Source: Candidatus Nomurabacteria bacterium (GTDB lineage: Bacteria > Patescibacteriota > Minisyncoccia > Phycocordibacterales > UBA9973). From it: DNA of 64,000 nucleotides. This document shows, piece by piece, positions 8,014 through 19,538 of the stretch. The notes under the pieces were generated by a model. The model saw only the letters and a program-made list of their open reading frames with translations. It was not told the origin of the DNA and ran no database searches. How positions within the stretch are numbered: the first letter of the stretch is position 1; each line of letters starts with the position of its first letter. The stretch covers positions 1,546 through 65,545 of the forward strand of contig JAPLXP010000004.1 of the NCBI GenBank assembly GCA_026396015.1, given 5' to 3'. The position numbers and the translations under genes are program-made.

Positions 8014-9834
8014 TTATTTATCCCCTCCACTTCTCATCATTTTCAGAAAGACATCCTGTGTGATGTTTACTTTTCCGTTGGCAGCCTGGCGAGCCTTACC
8101 TTTCTTTTGCTTTTCCAATAGTTTCTTTTTGCGACTGATATCCCCACCTCCTACAACCTTACTGCCATGCATCAGCACATCCTTACGATAAGCAGATACA
8201 GATTCAGATGCGATAATACGTCCAAGAGCTTTACCTTGAATTTTAAAAGCGAATTGATGACGAGGAATTACCTTTTTCAGACGGTCCACTTGATCACGAG
8301 CCTCCTCCTCTGCACGACGACGAGATACGACACGACAGAATGCTACTACAGGTTCATCAGCGACGATGATATCTAGCCGCACTACATCTGCCTCACGATA
8401 TTCATCCATCTCATAAGAGATAGATCCATATCCTGATGTTAGAGATTTTAAATCATCAAAGAAATTTCTCATCAATTCACGTAGTGGCATATCTACTGTA
8501 ACCTGAGTTCTGTTGTCTCCAAAATTTTCAGTCATCTTGATATCTGCCTCATGCTCAAATAGAAATGGCATCAATACACCCACATACAAGAGTGGTGCGA
8601 TGATTTTTACATGAATCCATGGCTCGAATACTTTTACTACACTACTATCATCAGGGAAAAGGTGCGGTGAATATATAGTCTCTTCTTTTCCATTTCGTAG
8701 CAATACTTTGTAAGTGATAGACGGCATCGTCACGATCAATTGAAGATCGAATTCACGAGAAAGTCTTTCTGTAATAATCTCAAGATGTAGCATACCCAGG
8801 AATCCACAACGAAAACCACGGCCCAGGGTTCCAGATGTCTCCTCTTCATATGAAAAAGCAGAATCAGAAAGACGCAGCTTGCCTAGTGCGGCTTTGAGAT
8901 TTGTAAAATCATCTGCAGATTCAGGATACACAGAAGCCCATACTACAGGACGAGGATTCATATATCCAGGCAATGCAGTCGCACCATTTTTGGAATTTGT
9001 AACTGTGTCTCCTACAGATGCGATACCAGGTTTTTTGATACCTGTGACAATATATCCGATCTCACCACTACTTAGACTTTCTTTTGGATTTTCTTCAGGA
9101 GAAAATGTACCTACTTCCAGAGCGATGAATTGCTCGTCTGATACTGCGAATTTAAGATAGTCACCTTTTTTAAATGACCCACCAAAAATACGAACATACA
9201 CGATAACTCCGCGATGGTTGTCGTATTTAAAATCAAAAACGAGAGCGCTGTTTGTATTCTTGTCAGTCAGCACTTCAAATGTCGGAGCTGGGACACGAGT
9301 CACTATTTCACTCAGTAATTCTGCTACACCCTCGCCAGTCTTTCCTGATACGAGCATGATAGTGTCTGGATCGATATCTAGGAGTATTGCTACCTCCATT
9401 TTGACCTCATCCACACGAGACAGAGGTGAGTCAATCTTGGACAATACCGGGATGATGACTAAGCCTGAATCGCGTGCCATTTGTAGTGTTGTCAGTGTTT
9501 GAGCCTGGACACCCTGAGTCGAATCTACGAGCAATATAGAGCCTTCTACAGCCTTTAAAGCACGTGATACCTCGTAAGAGAAATCTATGTGACCTGGTGT
9601 ATCAATAAGGTTTAAAATATAGTTTTCATTGTCAACTTTATGTTCCATACGGACAGGCTGCATCTTGATAGTGATACCTCGCTCGCGTTCCAATTCCATA
9701 GAATCTAGGACCTGATCCTTCATTTTACGCGCCTCGATAGTACCCGTCACTTCTAACATGCGGTCTGCAAGAGTACTCTTACCATGATCAATATGAGCGA
9801 TGATACTAAAATTTCTTATATGCTTGATATCCAT
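8014..9834 (-). CDS. lepA: elongation factor 4 (LepA)
   Basis: IIAHIDHGKSTLADR G-domain. The protein is 606 aa. Confidence 0.95.
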   Translation of the reverse strand: MDIKHIRNFSIIAHIDHGKSTLADRMLEVTGTIEARKMKDQVLDSMELERERGITIKMQPVRMEHKVDNENYILNLIDTPGHIDFSYEVSRALKAVEGSILLVDSTQGVQAQTLTTLQMARDSGLVIIPVLSKIDSPLSRVDEVKMEVAILLDIDPDTIMLVSGKTGEGVAELLSEIVTRVPAPTFEVLTDKNTNSALVFDFKYDNHRGVIVYVRIFGGSFKKGDYLKFAVSDEQFIALEVGTFSPEENPKESLSSGEIGYIVTGIKKPGIASVGDTVTNSKNGATALPGYMNPRPVVWASVYPESADDFTNLKAALGKLRLSDSAFSYEEETSGTLGRGFRCGFLGMLHLEIITERLSREFDLQLIVTMPSITYKVLLRNGKEETIYSPHLFPDDSSVVKVFEPWIHVKIIAPLLYVGVLMPFLFEHEADIKMTENFGDNRTQVTVDMPLRELMRNFFDDLKSLTSGYGSISYEMDEYREADVVRLDIIVADEPVVAFCRVVSRRRAEEEARDQVDRLKKVIPRHQFAFKIQGKALGRIIASESVSAYRKDVLMHGSKVVGGGDISRKKKLLEKQKKGKARQAANGKVNITQDVFLKMMRSGGDK

Positions 9835-9878
9835 TATTCCCCTATCCTACCAGAAAAACACTTAAATTAAAAGGAGTA

Positions 9879-11636
9879 TTATTCTATAAATCCACCGACT
9901 TGATGATTCCAAAGTTCGGCATATTTACCATTCTTATCTATTAAATCTGTATGACTTCCTTCTTCTGCTATTTTACCCCCTTCTAGTACAATAATACGGT
10001 CCATCTTTTGAATCGTTGATAGGCGGTGAGCTATCACAATAGTAGTCTTGCCTTCCATCAATTTATTAAAAGCTTCCTGAATATATTGCTCTGAAATACT
10101 ATCAAGTGAACTCGTAGCCTCATCTAGTATTAGCACAGGCGCATGCTTGAGCATCGCACGAGCGATAGCGACACGCTGGCGCTCTCCACCAGAAAGTTTT
10201 ACTCCACGTTCACCAACGAGAGTATCATATCCATATTGTAAATTTGAAATAAAGTCATGAGCATGAGCTTGCTTTGCAGCTTCAACTATTTCTTTGTTTT
10301 TTGCTTTTGGATTTGCATATGCAATATTCTCTTTAATAGTTCGATGAAAAAGGATCGGTTCCTGAGGTACGTATGATATAGCGCTACGCAAATCGTCCTG
10401 TTTTATATTTTTGATATCCTGACCATCTATCAGAATAGAACCTTTTGTTACGTCAGAGAATCTAAGTAATAATTTTGTGATTGTAGATTTACCAGATCCA
10501 GAGTGACCTACGAGACCAATGCGCTCACCAGACTTTATGTCCAGATTAAAATTAGAAAAAACTTCACGATCTTCTATATATTCGAAACATACATCCTTGA
10601 ATTCTATATGTCCATTTTTAATTTTCAATTTTTCTGGTTTTTCTGGGTCCAAAATTTCAGGAACTTGATCAAAAATATCTGTGACTTCCTTCATATCTGT
10701 AGATGCTTTAACAAATTTTGTCATTGCTTTTACTATTCCCCACAACTTATCAAAAAGGTTCACCATATATGACTGAACAAGAACAAAAACCCCTGCTGTA
10801 ACTAGTCCGTCTACCCAGCTGTGTGCCAACATATATAATATAGATATATTTATACTCACCATGAATACACCCTGAGCAGCATCCTGGATATTCCCCCAGT
10901 ACCATGCGTTACTCCTGTGCTTCTTTTCATCTTCAGTGACTTCTTTATATCTGTCTATTTCAGAGGAACGAGCAGAGAAAATCTTCATTGTTACAATATT
11001 CGAAATAACGTCTGCTAGTGAACCTCCAACTTTCGAATCTGCCTCTGCTTCTAGCAAATCGTACTTCATCTTGTATTTAACAAAGAACAAAGTAAAAATT
11101 ACATATACAACAGCCCATATCATAAATGCTACTGCAATCTTTGGAACTTCTCTAAACAGCACATAAAAGATACCAACAACAGAGAGAAACGTGACGTAAA
11201 ATTCAAAAATCAAAAGATCGTGCATTGTCTCAAACCCACGAACAAAACGCTTAGTTTTTGCAACTAATCCTCCAGCAAATTGATTTGTAAAGAAATTGTA
11301 AGAATGTTTTGTTAATTTCTCAAAAGCATAATTATGTAAATCCCGCATTACATTACTCTGGAAATATGTTGTTGCAGATCCAGTGATACGATTCATAAAA
11401 TAACCCAAAATTATTACTGCAGATAAGAGAAAAATATAATGAAATAACACAGCTGAATTCTGCATACGATCACCACCATTAGATAATAGGTCTAAAATAT
11501 TTTTTAAAATAATAGGAGGAAGGAGCACTGAAGTGAAAACTCTGACAGTCTGCGTGAAGAAAAGTAGATAGAATGAGAACTTATATTTATTTATATGAGG
11601 CCATATATGCCTAAAAATATTTTTAAATGAAAACAT
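9879..11636 (-). CDS. ABC transporter, fused permease/ATP-binding exporter (MsbA-like)
   Basis: N-terminal six-helix transmembrane domain plus Walker A (GHSGSGKST), the LSGGERQRVAIARA signature, and a Walker B motif. Confidence 0.85.
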   Translation of the reverse strand: MFSFKNIFRHIWPHINKYKFSFYLLFFTQTVRVFTSVLLPPIILKNILDLLSNGGDRMQNSAVLFHYIFLLSAVIILGYFMNRITGSATTYFQSNVMRDLHNYAFEKLTKHSYNFFTNQFAGGLVAKTKRFVRGFETMHDLLIFEFYVTFLSVVGIFYVLFREVPKIAVAFMIWAVVYVIFTLFFVKYKMKYDLLEAEADSKVGGSLADVISNIVTMKIFSARSSEIDRYKEVTEDEKKHRSNAWYWGNIQDAAQGVFMVSINISILYMLAHSWVDGLVTAGVFVLVQSYMVNLFDKLWGIVKAMTKFVKASTDMKEVTDIFDQVPEILDPEKPEKLKIKNGHIEFKDVCFEYIEDREVFSNFNLDIKSGERIGLVGHSGSGKSTITKLLLRFSDVTKGSILIDGQDIKNIKQDDLRSAISYVPQEPILFHRTIKENIAYANPKAKNKEIVEAAKQAHAHDFISNLQYGYDTLVGERGVKLSGGERQRVAIARAMLKHAPVLILDEATSSLDSISEQYIQEAFNKLMEGKTTIVIAHRLSTIQKMDRIIVLEGGKIAEEGSHTDLIDKNGKYAELWNHQVGGFIE

Positions 11637-11695
11637 TATTCCATGATACCAAAAAAATGCTTATTTTAGAAGCATTTTTAAAATATCATTGAAAA

Positions 11696-13381
11696 CTATA
11701 GCTCTCCTTGCTCTGGGGCGACTGGCTTCGAATGCCAGAATTTCTTTTGTATTGCACGATATATATCTACCAATTCTTCATTTTTTACAACTACGAGAAC
11801 TGCCCCACCCACAGCTATACCGATGATTCCAGAGAAGAATCCTTGAGCAAATATTCCCAATCCTGTATGAGTAGTAAAGATATCATCAAATATATTTAGC
11901 ATCATATATGCAACTGCGCCCATAGACACAGAGGCGAAAAATGATTGCATAAAAGTCTTGAAAATTCCAGACTTAATATCTTTCAAAAAATCTCTCTTAA
12001 ACATAGTCCAGATCAAAAAGAAATTTAAAACTGATCCCAAAACAAAAGCTATAGGCAATGCAAACATTTCTGTACCTGGCACTCCATGTACGCGCATAAA
12101 TCCCTCTATCCAATACAGCAACGATGAATCATTTTTAAATAGATGAATCAAGAAAAAAGCAAATATAATAGTAGCGACAGATGAAGATATATTCACAAAT
12201 AATGGCTTCATTGTATTACCAGATGCATAGTACCCTCTCACAAATAGTAGCACTAAACTCTGAGTCACCAATGATACTACAAACAATGCTGCAGCTGCTG
12301 CCGTCAGACGAGTATCAGCCCAGGAAAAAGTATTCGTACCTAGGGCCACACGGACAATTTGCGCACGGAGGACAATCACGAGAGAGATAACAGGCAGCGA
12401 CCAGAATATAATTTGCTTTGCAGATCCCACCACATGATTGATAAATGTATCCATATCTTTTGAAGAAAATGAACGCACAAGAACAGGAAATGCAGCAACA
12501 GAATATGATATACCGATGACTCCCACAGGAACAGATTGCAAATTAAAAGCAAAATTAAATAGTGATATAGATCCAGATTTTAAAGTAGAAGCGATAGCTA
12601 TAAGAGACAAGAAGGCCAAACTACCACAGGATAATGTGAGTGTTCGTGGTAATGATATCTTTATCACAGACCATATTTCCTTCCAATTTACTTTTTTAAA
12701 TGAAGGGAAAAATCCATGAGAAAATACGACTGGGATTTGGACACATAGATGCAATAATGCACCAATCACTACACCAAAAGCTAGGCCATAAACTCCAAAT
12801 ATAGGATACAAGAAAAATATTCCGCATAGTATTCCAATATTATAAAAAATTGGGGATAATGAAAAAACAAAGAAATTCTTGAATAGCTGTGTCACTGTAC
12901 CAATCAAATTTGAAAGTCCAATAAACAATGGAGACAATAGCATCCATCTACTTGTAGTGACCAATAGAGACAACTGTTCTGAATTAAATCCTGGAGCTAT
13001 GCGCGGTGCTAAAAATGGCATCAATAAATAAATCACAACACATATCAAGACCATGAACATCATATATGCACTAAAAATATTATTTATGAATTTTTGCGCG
13101 GACAACTTGCCCTCTTTTCCATTATGAATCTTGTCCACTAAAAATGGCATCAAAACTGTAATAGATGCAAGTGACGCTATAGATACATATAGAAAATCTG
13201 GCACACGAAATGCAGCATAATACACATCAAGTACAGGCCCTGGTCCAATTACATGAGCCAACACACGATCCCTATACAGACCCAGGAGCTGTGACACAAA
13301 TGTAAATGAGCCGAGCAGTAGCGCGGCCTCATTTACACCATGAAATTCTTTATTAATTAATTTAAATAATTTCTTGACCAT
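11696..13381 (-). CDS. murJ: lipid II flippase MurJ/MviN
   Basis: GSFTFVSQLLGLYRDRVLAHVIG N-terminal signature. Polytopic, 561 aa. Confidence 0.85.
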   Translation of the reverse strand: MVKKLFKLINKEFHGVNEAALLLGSFTFVSQLLGLYRDRVLAHVIGPGPVLDVYYAAFRVPDFLYVSIASLASITVLMPFLVDKIHNGKEGKLSAQKFINNIFSAYMMFMVLICVVIYLLMPFLAPRIAPGFNSEQLSLLVTTSRWMLLSPLFIGLSNLIGTVTQLFKNFFVFSLSPIFYNIGILCGIFFLYPIFGVYGLAFGVVIGALLHLCVQIPVVFSHGFFPSFKKVNWKEIWSVIKISLPRTLTLSCGSLAFLSLIAIASTLKSGSISLFNFAFNLQSVPVGVIGISYSVAAFPVLVRSFSSKDMDTFINHVVGSAKQIIFWSLPVISLVIVLRAQIVRVALGTNTFSWADTRLTAAAAALFVVSLVTQSLVLLFVRGYYASGNTMKPLFVNISSSVATIIFAFFLIHLFKNDSSLLYWIEGFMRVHGVPGTEMFALPIAFVLGSVLNFFLIWTMFKRDFLKDIKSGIFKTFMQSFFASVSMGAVAYMMLNIFDDIFTTHTGLGIFAQGFFSGIIGIAVGGAVLVVVKNEELVDIYRAIQKKFWHSKPVAPEQGEL

Positions 13382-13395
13382 TTATATTTTAAATT

Positions 13396-15741
13396 CTATT
13401 TTTTACTTGGGATAGTTAGTTTACTATTTTTTACTGGTTTTTTTATTAGATCAACTTTTACATCAGGCGTAGTACTTGTTCCTAACATTGCATCTTGAAT
13501 ATCTTTATTATTAGGAATCATCTGATTCAAAATTTTAAATTGAGCCACTGATTCTTCATTTCTTCCAGCTTTTTGATATGATTTTGCAAGGTAGAATCTA
13601 GTGCTAGCGTCAGATAGATCTAATGTTAGAGCTCTTTCAAATGCACCTACTGCATCTTCGTATGATTGATTATTGTATCTGTACACCCCCAACTGGAAAA
13701 ACACAGAAGGAATGTTAGGGCTTGCTGTAGCTGCATTCTCAGCTTGAGATATAGCAGTATTCAAATCTCCTTCACCAGAAGCAATCTGAGCTAATGCTAG
13801 ATATGCATCTACATAATCTGACTTCATTACAACAGCTTGATTCAAATATTCTTTTGCTTTTGAGTTATTTTTATTTACAACCTCTAATTGAGCTTTTGCA
13901 AGTAAAATAGATGGATTATTTGGTGTCAATAATTGAGTCTTGTCATATGCAATATTTGCATTTTCATAAGCATTACTTACACCCAATGGAACTAGGGCAG
14001 AATATACATTTCCAAGATTCATCAAATTTAAATACTGTTTTGGATTTTGTGCCACAGCAGCTGTAGCAGCAGATTCAGCACTATTCACCAATGATTGAAT
14101 ATTTGATTTTAGGGTATCTTTTGATTCATTCTTATCTTTCAATAATGCAGCCATTTCAGCTATATAAACCTGCGACAAGGATCTGTAATAGAAATCATTC
14201 TTGTCCAGCAATATAGCCTCAGAAATTAATTTATCTGATTGGGCCAGTGAGTTTATATCTGTGTACTTAACAGCAATACCTTTTGAAAAATATATTACAG
14301 ATGTAAATTTTTCTACATAGATATAGATCATGCTGATAGAAGAAAACATCAATACAACAAGTGCAAGTATAGAGAAAAAACTACTCCTTGGATCATTCAA
14401 AAATGAAAAATTGTACACAGGTAGAATCTTTTTAGTTACTAGAACTGCCAAGAATAACCCAGTAGAAGCAAAGGTTAACATTGTTAGCAATATACTTGGC
14501 GTATACATTATCATAACTATAAAACCATACAGAGAAAAAATAAAAGAAGTAACAAAGAAATAATTTGATGTACTCTTCTGGAATACGAATTTTAAAGCTT
14601 GTGATCCACGAACTATAAACATTATTATAAACACCAACCACGCCAATACCCCCAAAATACCAGCAGTAGCAAGATATGTAGGAATAAGTCCAACACCGTT
14701 TGTAAAATCTGTATTCCAATAAATTGTATTCTTAACTGCAGCTGGCTTCCACAAACTCCAGTCTAGATTAAAAGTATTTGGACCTGTACCAAAAAATGGA
14801 TTGTGCTTTATAGCATGCCATCCTATATTCAATGTAGCTGAAGTAGAAGGTCTGATGTCTGGATTGTAAACGTTTACATATTTTGACACTAAAACACCCA
14901 ATGATCCACTACCGATCAAGAACAAAAGAGAAACAATCATAACAACCAAAGATGTTACAGGTAGCTTTCTTGGAGCATAATCTTCCTCCTTTTTAGAATG
15001 GATCTGATTAGTAGATATTGAATATACAAAAATGATAAGAGAAAAGATACCAACTAACAACCAAACCAACGGTGTGTTTATAACTATCAAAAAAAATAAT
15101 CCAACTGCGACAATGATATATAGAACTATCCTTGCAGGCAATTTGTTGTTCAAAAACTCAAGAGTAAACAACGACAATATAACCATTAATCCAAAGAATA
15201 AAACAAAGTCATTCCATGAACCAATCAGATTACCTGAAGACATACCACTAAATAGTGTCGGGGATAGCTTACTGACATCAACAAAAAGATATATGATCTG
15301 GAAAATAGAGAGAACTAATGTTCCCAAGAAAAGTGCTTTGAAAAAATGAGATATTCTTTTTTCTGATTGGAAATGTATAGAAGATAAGAACAACACTAAA
15401 AACAATACTAGCATTGAGCCAAATGTCCCAAGCTCAAATCCCCCACCAAACAAAGAAGTGTAAGGTGACGAAGAGAAAAAAGATGCAATAAGAAAAACCA
15501 AAGGGATAGACAATGCAGCAAAAATTATACGATCCTTTGGTATCAGAAATTTTCCATCAAGCAACCTTGCAATCAACCAGAAGAAAACAGACACAGCGAC
15601 CCCCACAGATACGAGGAAGCCCTTACTAGCATCTAGTGTGACAGGAATGAAAGGCACAAAAAAGAAAATTGATAAAAAGAATGTTGAGATAAGCGAATAA
15701 AAAGATATCTTATCCAAGAAACTAACTTTAGGTGAATCCAT
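13396..15741 (-). CDS. O-antigen ligase-like polytopic membrane protein with C-terminal TPR repeats
   Basis: About 12 transmembrane helices followed by a ~270-aa TPR-like region. Confidence 0.6.
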   Translation of the reverse strand: MDSPKVSFLDKISFYSLISTFFLSIFFFVPFIPVTLDASKGFLVSVGVAVSVFFWLIARLLDGKFLIPKDRIIFAALSIPLVFLIASFFSSSPYTSLFGGGFELGTFGSMLVLFLVLFLSSIHFQSEKRISHFFKALFLGTLVLSIFQIIYLFVDVSKLSPTLFSGMSSGNLIGSWNDFVLFFGLMVILSLFTLEFLNNKLPARIVLYIIVAVGLFFLIVINTPLVWLLVGIFSLIIFVYSISTNQIHSKKEEDYAPRKLPVTSLVVMIVSLLFLIGSGSLGVLVSKYVNVYNPDIRPSTSATLNIGWHAIKHNPFFGTGPNTFNLDWSLWKPAAVKNTIYWNTDFTNGVGLIPTYLATAGILGVLAWLVFIIMFIVRGSQALKFVFQKSTSNYFFVTSFIFSLYGFIVMIMYTPSILLTMLTFASTGLFLAVLVTKKILPVYNFSFLNDPRSSFFSILALVVLMFSSISMIYIYVEKFTSVIYFSKGIAVKYTDINSLAQSDKLISEAILLDKNDFYYRSLSQVYIAEMAALLKDKNESKDTLKSNIQSLVNSAESAATAAVAQNPKQYLNLMNLGNVYSALVPLGVSNAYENANIAYDKTQLLTPNNPSILLAKAQLEVVNKNNSKAKEYLNQAVVMKSDYVDAYLALAQIASGEGDLNTAISQAENAATASPNIPSVFFQLGVYRYNNQSYEDAVGAFERALTLDLSDASTRFYLAKSYQKAGRNEESVAQFKILNQMIPNNKDIQDAMLGTSTTPDVKVDLIKKPVKNSKLTIPSKK

Positions 15742-15817
15742 TGTAAAAAAATAATATAAATTAATAATATTACTGCATTAGTAATTCTTATATTATATCC
15801 TATTTTAAAGTAGAAAA

Positions 15818-18295
15818 CTAGACAACAATATTCACGAGTCTACCTTTTATGTAGATAAAACGCTTTATTTCCCCGCTTGAAATCCAATTTTTAATTGATT
15901 CATTACCCAAGACCATCTCTTTTACTTTTTCTTCAGATTCTTCTGGGTTTATTTTAATTTCAGCGCGAACTTTGCCATTCACCTGGACAGCAATAGTAAT
16001 ACTATCTTCAATTATTTTTTTTGGATTATATTTTGGCCAACCAGAAACATGAATTGATTTCTTCTCCCCCATCTCATGCCATAGCTCCTCGGTAAAGTGT
16101 GGTGCAAAAGGTGCGAGAATCTGTAGGAACATTTTCAAATCACTAACAGATATAAACTCGTGCTTTTCTGCCTCATTTACGAAGATCATCATAGAGGAAA
16201 TAGCCGTATTGAAAGCAAAATTTTCTATATCTTCATTTACCTTTTTGATTGTCTTATGTAAAACCTTCTCTAGCTCAGAATTAGTTTTTTTATCCTTAGA
16301 TGACTTTGATGCCAATCGGTACACTCGCTCGATAAATCTACGTGAGCCAATAATACTCTCTGTACTCCAAGGCAGACTCTGATCAAATGGACCCATGAAC
16401 ATCTCATATACACGCAGGGTATCTGCACCATATGTTTTTACTATTTCATCTGGATTGATCACATTGCCCCAGCGCTTACTCATCTTGCGGTTATCAGATG
16501 CTAGAATCATACCCTGATTCTTCATCTTCTTGAATGGCTCCTCTGTCGCGGCTATTCCGATATCCTTTAGGAATTTATGCCAGAAACGAGAATACAAAAG
16601 GTGCCCAGTAGCATGCTCTGCTCCACCGACATACATATCTACATTTTTCCAGTAATTCATCTCTCCATCCCCCACTAGATTTTTACTATTCTTTGGATCC
16701 ATATATCGTAGGAAGTACCAAGAAGAACCAGCCCATCCAGGCATAGTATTAGTCTCATAACCTTCTTTTACCCAAGCCTTCACTCCTGCGAGTGGCCCCT
16801 CTGCCTTTCCTGTAGGCTCATATGAAGTAACCTTTGGAAGTTCAAGTGGCAACTTTTTCACAGCTGATATGATCCCATTCTTATCTCTCTTCAATGGAAT
16901 TGGTTCACCCCAGTATCTCTGACGTGCAAAAATAGCATCACGCATTTTATACTTTGTGACTATTTTTCCTCCAACAGCTTCTGTGATCTCATTTTTATCA
17001 ACCAGAGGTTTATCAACAACAGGAAGATTATATTTAAGCGCAAATTGATTATCCCTCTCGTCATACATAGGCACTGCCATCACAGCACCGGTGCCATATG
17101 AAGACAATACATAATCAGCAACCCATACAGGAACTTCTTCGTTGTTAGCAGGATTGATAGCATATACACCTTCGAGAACTACTCCTGTTTTTTCTTTTGC
17201 TGCATTGTTTCGATCCTCTTCTGGTTTATTCTTTACATCGCTTATATACTTCTCTACTTCTTTTTTGTTTTTTATTTGATCAGATAATTTTTCTATCAAA
17301 TAACTCTCTGGAGCCAGCACTACATATGTCACACCAAAAAGAGTATCAGGACGAGTAGTGAATACTTTTATCTTTTCATCATTATTTTTTAATTTAAATT
17401 CAATCTCACTTCCTGCACTTTCCCCTATCCAATTCTTCTGAATCTCCTTTATATGACTGGACCACTCAAGTGTCTCTAAGCCTTTAATCAGACGATCTGC
17501 ATAAGCAGTAATACGCATAGACCATTGCCTGATAATCATTTTTTCGACAGGGAAACCTCCGCGCTCGGAGACTTGCTTACCATCTTTGCCATCTACTATC
17601 TCATCATTGGCCAGCACTGTACCGAGACCTTCACACCAGTTCACCTCACTCTCAGCTTCGTAAGCTAGTCTGTAATTCATCAAAATTTCTTGCTTCTTTA
17701 GAGAATCAAAAGATTTCCACTCTTTTCCTGAAAAGATTATTTTACAAGTATGATATGCATTTATTTTTGCATTGCCACTTTTTTCAAAAACTTTTATTAG
17801 ATTATCTATGCTCTCTGCTTTATTTTTCTTTGTATCATAATATGAACTGAAAAGCTGAAGAAAAATCCATTGAGTCCATCGATAGTATTCTGGGTCTGTA
17901 GTATTTACCCGGCGAGACCAATCATATGAAAGACCTATGATTGAAAGCTGTTTTTCAAAAGTTTTTACATTTATATCTACAGCCTTTCTAGGATGAATCT
18001 TGTGTTCGATAGCATACTGCTCTGCAGGTAGACCAAAGGCATCATAACCCATAGGATGAAGTACATTAAATCCTTGCATTCGCTTTACTCGAGCATATAC
18101 ATCACTACCGATATATCCACGTGGATGACCTACATGAAGACCAGCACCAGATGGATATGGAAACATATCTAGAACATAAAAAGGTTTTAGTTTCTTTACC
18201 TTAGCTTTTTTTGAATCAAGAGTCTTGTATATATTGTTCTCATCCCAATCCTTCTGCCATTTCTTTTCAATTTTACTGTGATCGTATTCTTTCAT
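15818..18295 (-). CDS. leuS: leucyl-tRNA synthetase
   Basis: PYPSGAGLHVGHPRGY HIGH region and KMSKRWGN. Confidence 0.95.
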   Translation of the reverse strand: MKEYDHSKIEKKWQKDWDENNIYKTLDSKKAKVKKLKPFYVLDMFPYPSGAGLHVGHPRGYIGSDVYARVKRMQGFNVLHPMGYDAFGLPAEQYAIEHKIHPRKAVDINVKTFEKQLSIIGLSYDWSRRVNTTDPEYYRWTQWIFLQLFSSYYDTKKNKAESIDNLIKVFEKSGNAKINAYHTCKIIFSGKEWKSFDSLKKQEILMNYRLAYEAESEVNWCEGLGTVLANDEIVDGKDGKQVSERGGFPVEKMIIRQWSMRITAYADRLIKGLETLEWSSHIKEIQKNWIGESAGSEIEFKLKNNDEKIKVFTTRPDTLFGVTYVVLAPESYLIEKLSDQIKNKKEVEKYISDVKNKPEEDRNNAAKEKTGVVLEGVYAINPANNEEVPVWVADYVLSSYGTGAVMAVPMYDERDNQFALKYNLPVVDKPLVDKNEITEAVGGKIVTKYKMRDAIFARQRYWGEPIPLKRDKNGIISAVKKLPLELPKVTSYEPTGKAEGPLAGVKAWVKEGYETNTMPGWAGSSWYFLRYMDPKNSKNLVGDGEMNYWKNVDMYVGGAEHATGHLLYSRFWHKFLKDIGIAATEEPFKKMKNQGMILASDNRKMSKRWGNVINPDEIVKTYGADTLRVYEMFMGPFDQSLPWSTESIIGSRRFIERVYRLASKSSKDKKTNSELEKVLHKTIKKVNEDIENFAFNTAISSMMIFVNEAEKHEFISVSDLKMFLQILAPFAPHFTEELWHEMGEKKSIHVSGWPKYNPKKIIEDSITIAVQVNGKVRAEIKINPEESEEKVKEMVLGNESIKNWISSGEIKRFIYIKGRLVNIVV

Positions 18296-18333
18296 ATTTC
18301 TTGTCCGCCTAAATGTTTAATCTTTTGGCGTGA

Positions 18334-18891
18334 TTATTTATTAAATCTTTTTATTGTAATCCAGATCAGCAGACACAATGCGAGTCCGAGAATGATGAGC
18401 TTTGCCCAAGTATCAGCATCTGACCAGTAGCGCATTGATGCGATCAATAGTGACAATATTCCACTCCATGCAAAGGCGATAGATAGTAGAGATACGCCGA
18501 TAAATGATGATAATACTAGCATGAGCACACCCACAATAACTAGTGTGATAAATACATTACGATTGTATACCTTCATCGCAGCATCGTAAACTTTTTGTTT
18601 TGTATAACCTTCAAAACAAGACCCTGTGATCTCAGTCTTACCCCTTTCAATCGGAGAGATACTCTCTGTCCATTGACCACCCACCATGACACATTTTTCT
18701 TTTGAAAGAATAGGCTCCACTATTTGAGGATTGATTGCATAAGTATCGTTTACTGGTTCATTGAAAATCAGTGATACTGCATAATTAAAAAATAAATTAG
18801 ACACAATTACTATTGCGACGATAACTGCTATTTTAATAAAAGAGTGTGTTTTCTTATCGCTATTTTGCTGTGAATTGTTTATATTTTCCAT
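18334..18891 (-). CDS. hypothetical membrane protein
   Basis: 185 aa with two hydrophobic segments. Confidence 0.4.
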   Translation of the reverse strand: MENINNSQQNSDKKTHSFIKIAVIVAIVIVSNLFFNYAVSLIFNEPVNDTYAINPQIVEPILSKEKCVMVGGQWTESISPIERGKTEITGSCFEGYTKQKVYDAAMKVYNRNVFITLVIVGVLMLVLSSFIGVSLLSIAFAWSGILSLLIASMRYWSDADTWAKLIILGLALCLLIWITIKRFNK

Positions 18892-18935
18892 ATATAAATT
18901 AGATTATAGCAAAAAAATGAGTTATAATAAATACC

Positions 18936-19511
18936 ATGTTGCAACAAGTCAAAAAACGTCAGATTGACGCAATTGAGCGCTTTGCTATAAAAGCGACACA
19001 GTCAATTGGATCCACTAATTCTATACTCGTACATACAGCACTATTCATGATGTCATTCATGATGTATTTTATTGGTTTTGATTTGAACAACATATTGCTT
19101 GTACTAACGACTATCGTATCCCTCGAAGCAATATACCTTTCAATATTTATTCAAATGAGTGTGAATAGACAAGCCAGAAAACTCCATGCCGTATCCAAAG
19201 ATATCGAAGAGATTCAGGAAGACGTAGAGGAAATTCAGGAGGATGTGGAAGAGATTCAGGAAGACGTGGATGAAATCGGTAAGGACGTCGAAGAGATTCA
19301 AGAAGATGTGGATGAAATTCAAAAAGATGTGGATGAGATTCAAGAAGACGTTGACGAGATATCTGAAGATATAGAAGACCATACAGAAGAAGAAAAAACT
19401 AATGACGAAAAAATGTTATCTCAAATCGAAAAGACTCTCGGACTACTAATAACTGAGATTGCAGATCTAAAAAAGCAGCACTCTGAATTGATAAATAAAA
19501 AGAAAAAATAA
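18936..19511 (+). CDS. DUF1003-family membrane protein with acidic tandem-repeat tail
   Basis: SLEAIYLSIFIQMSVNRQ resembles the DUF1003 core. This is followed by (EIQEDVEE)n repeats. Confidence 0.55.
   Translation: MLQQVKKRQIDAIERFAIKATQSIGSTNSILVHTALFMMSFMMYFIGFDLNNILLVLTTIVSLEAIYLSIFIQMSVNRQARKLHAVSKDIEEIQEDVEEIQEDVEEIQEDVDEIGKDVEEIQEDVDEIQKDVDEIQEDVDEISEDIEDHTEEEKTNDEKMLSQIEKTLGLLITEIADLKKQHSELINKKKK
19199..19380 (+). repeat. 24-nt tandem repeat (~7.5 copies), in-frame coding for EIQEDV(E/D)E units
   Basis: GAAGAGATTCAGGAAGACGTNGAN units seen directly in the sequence. Confidence 0.8.
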
Positions 19512-19538
19512 AACACCCTATGGGTGTTTTATTTTTTC
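19511..19538. terminator. bidirectional Rho-independent terminator
   Basis: CACCCTATGGGTG hairpin flanked by A-runs and T-runs. Confidence 0.65.
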
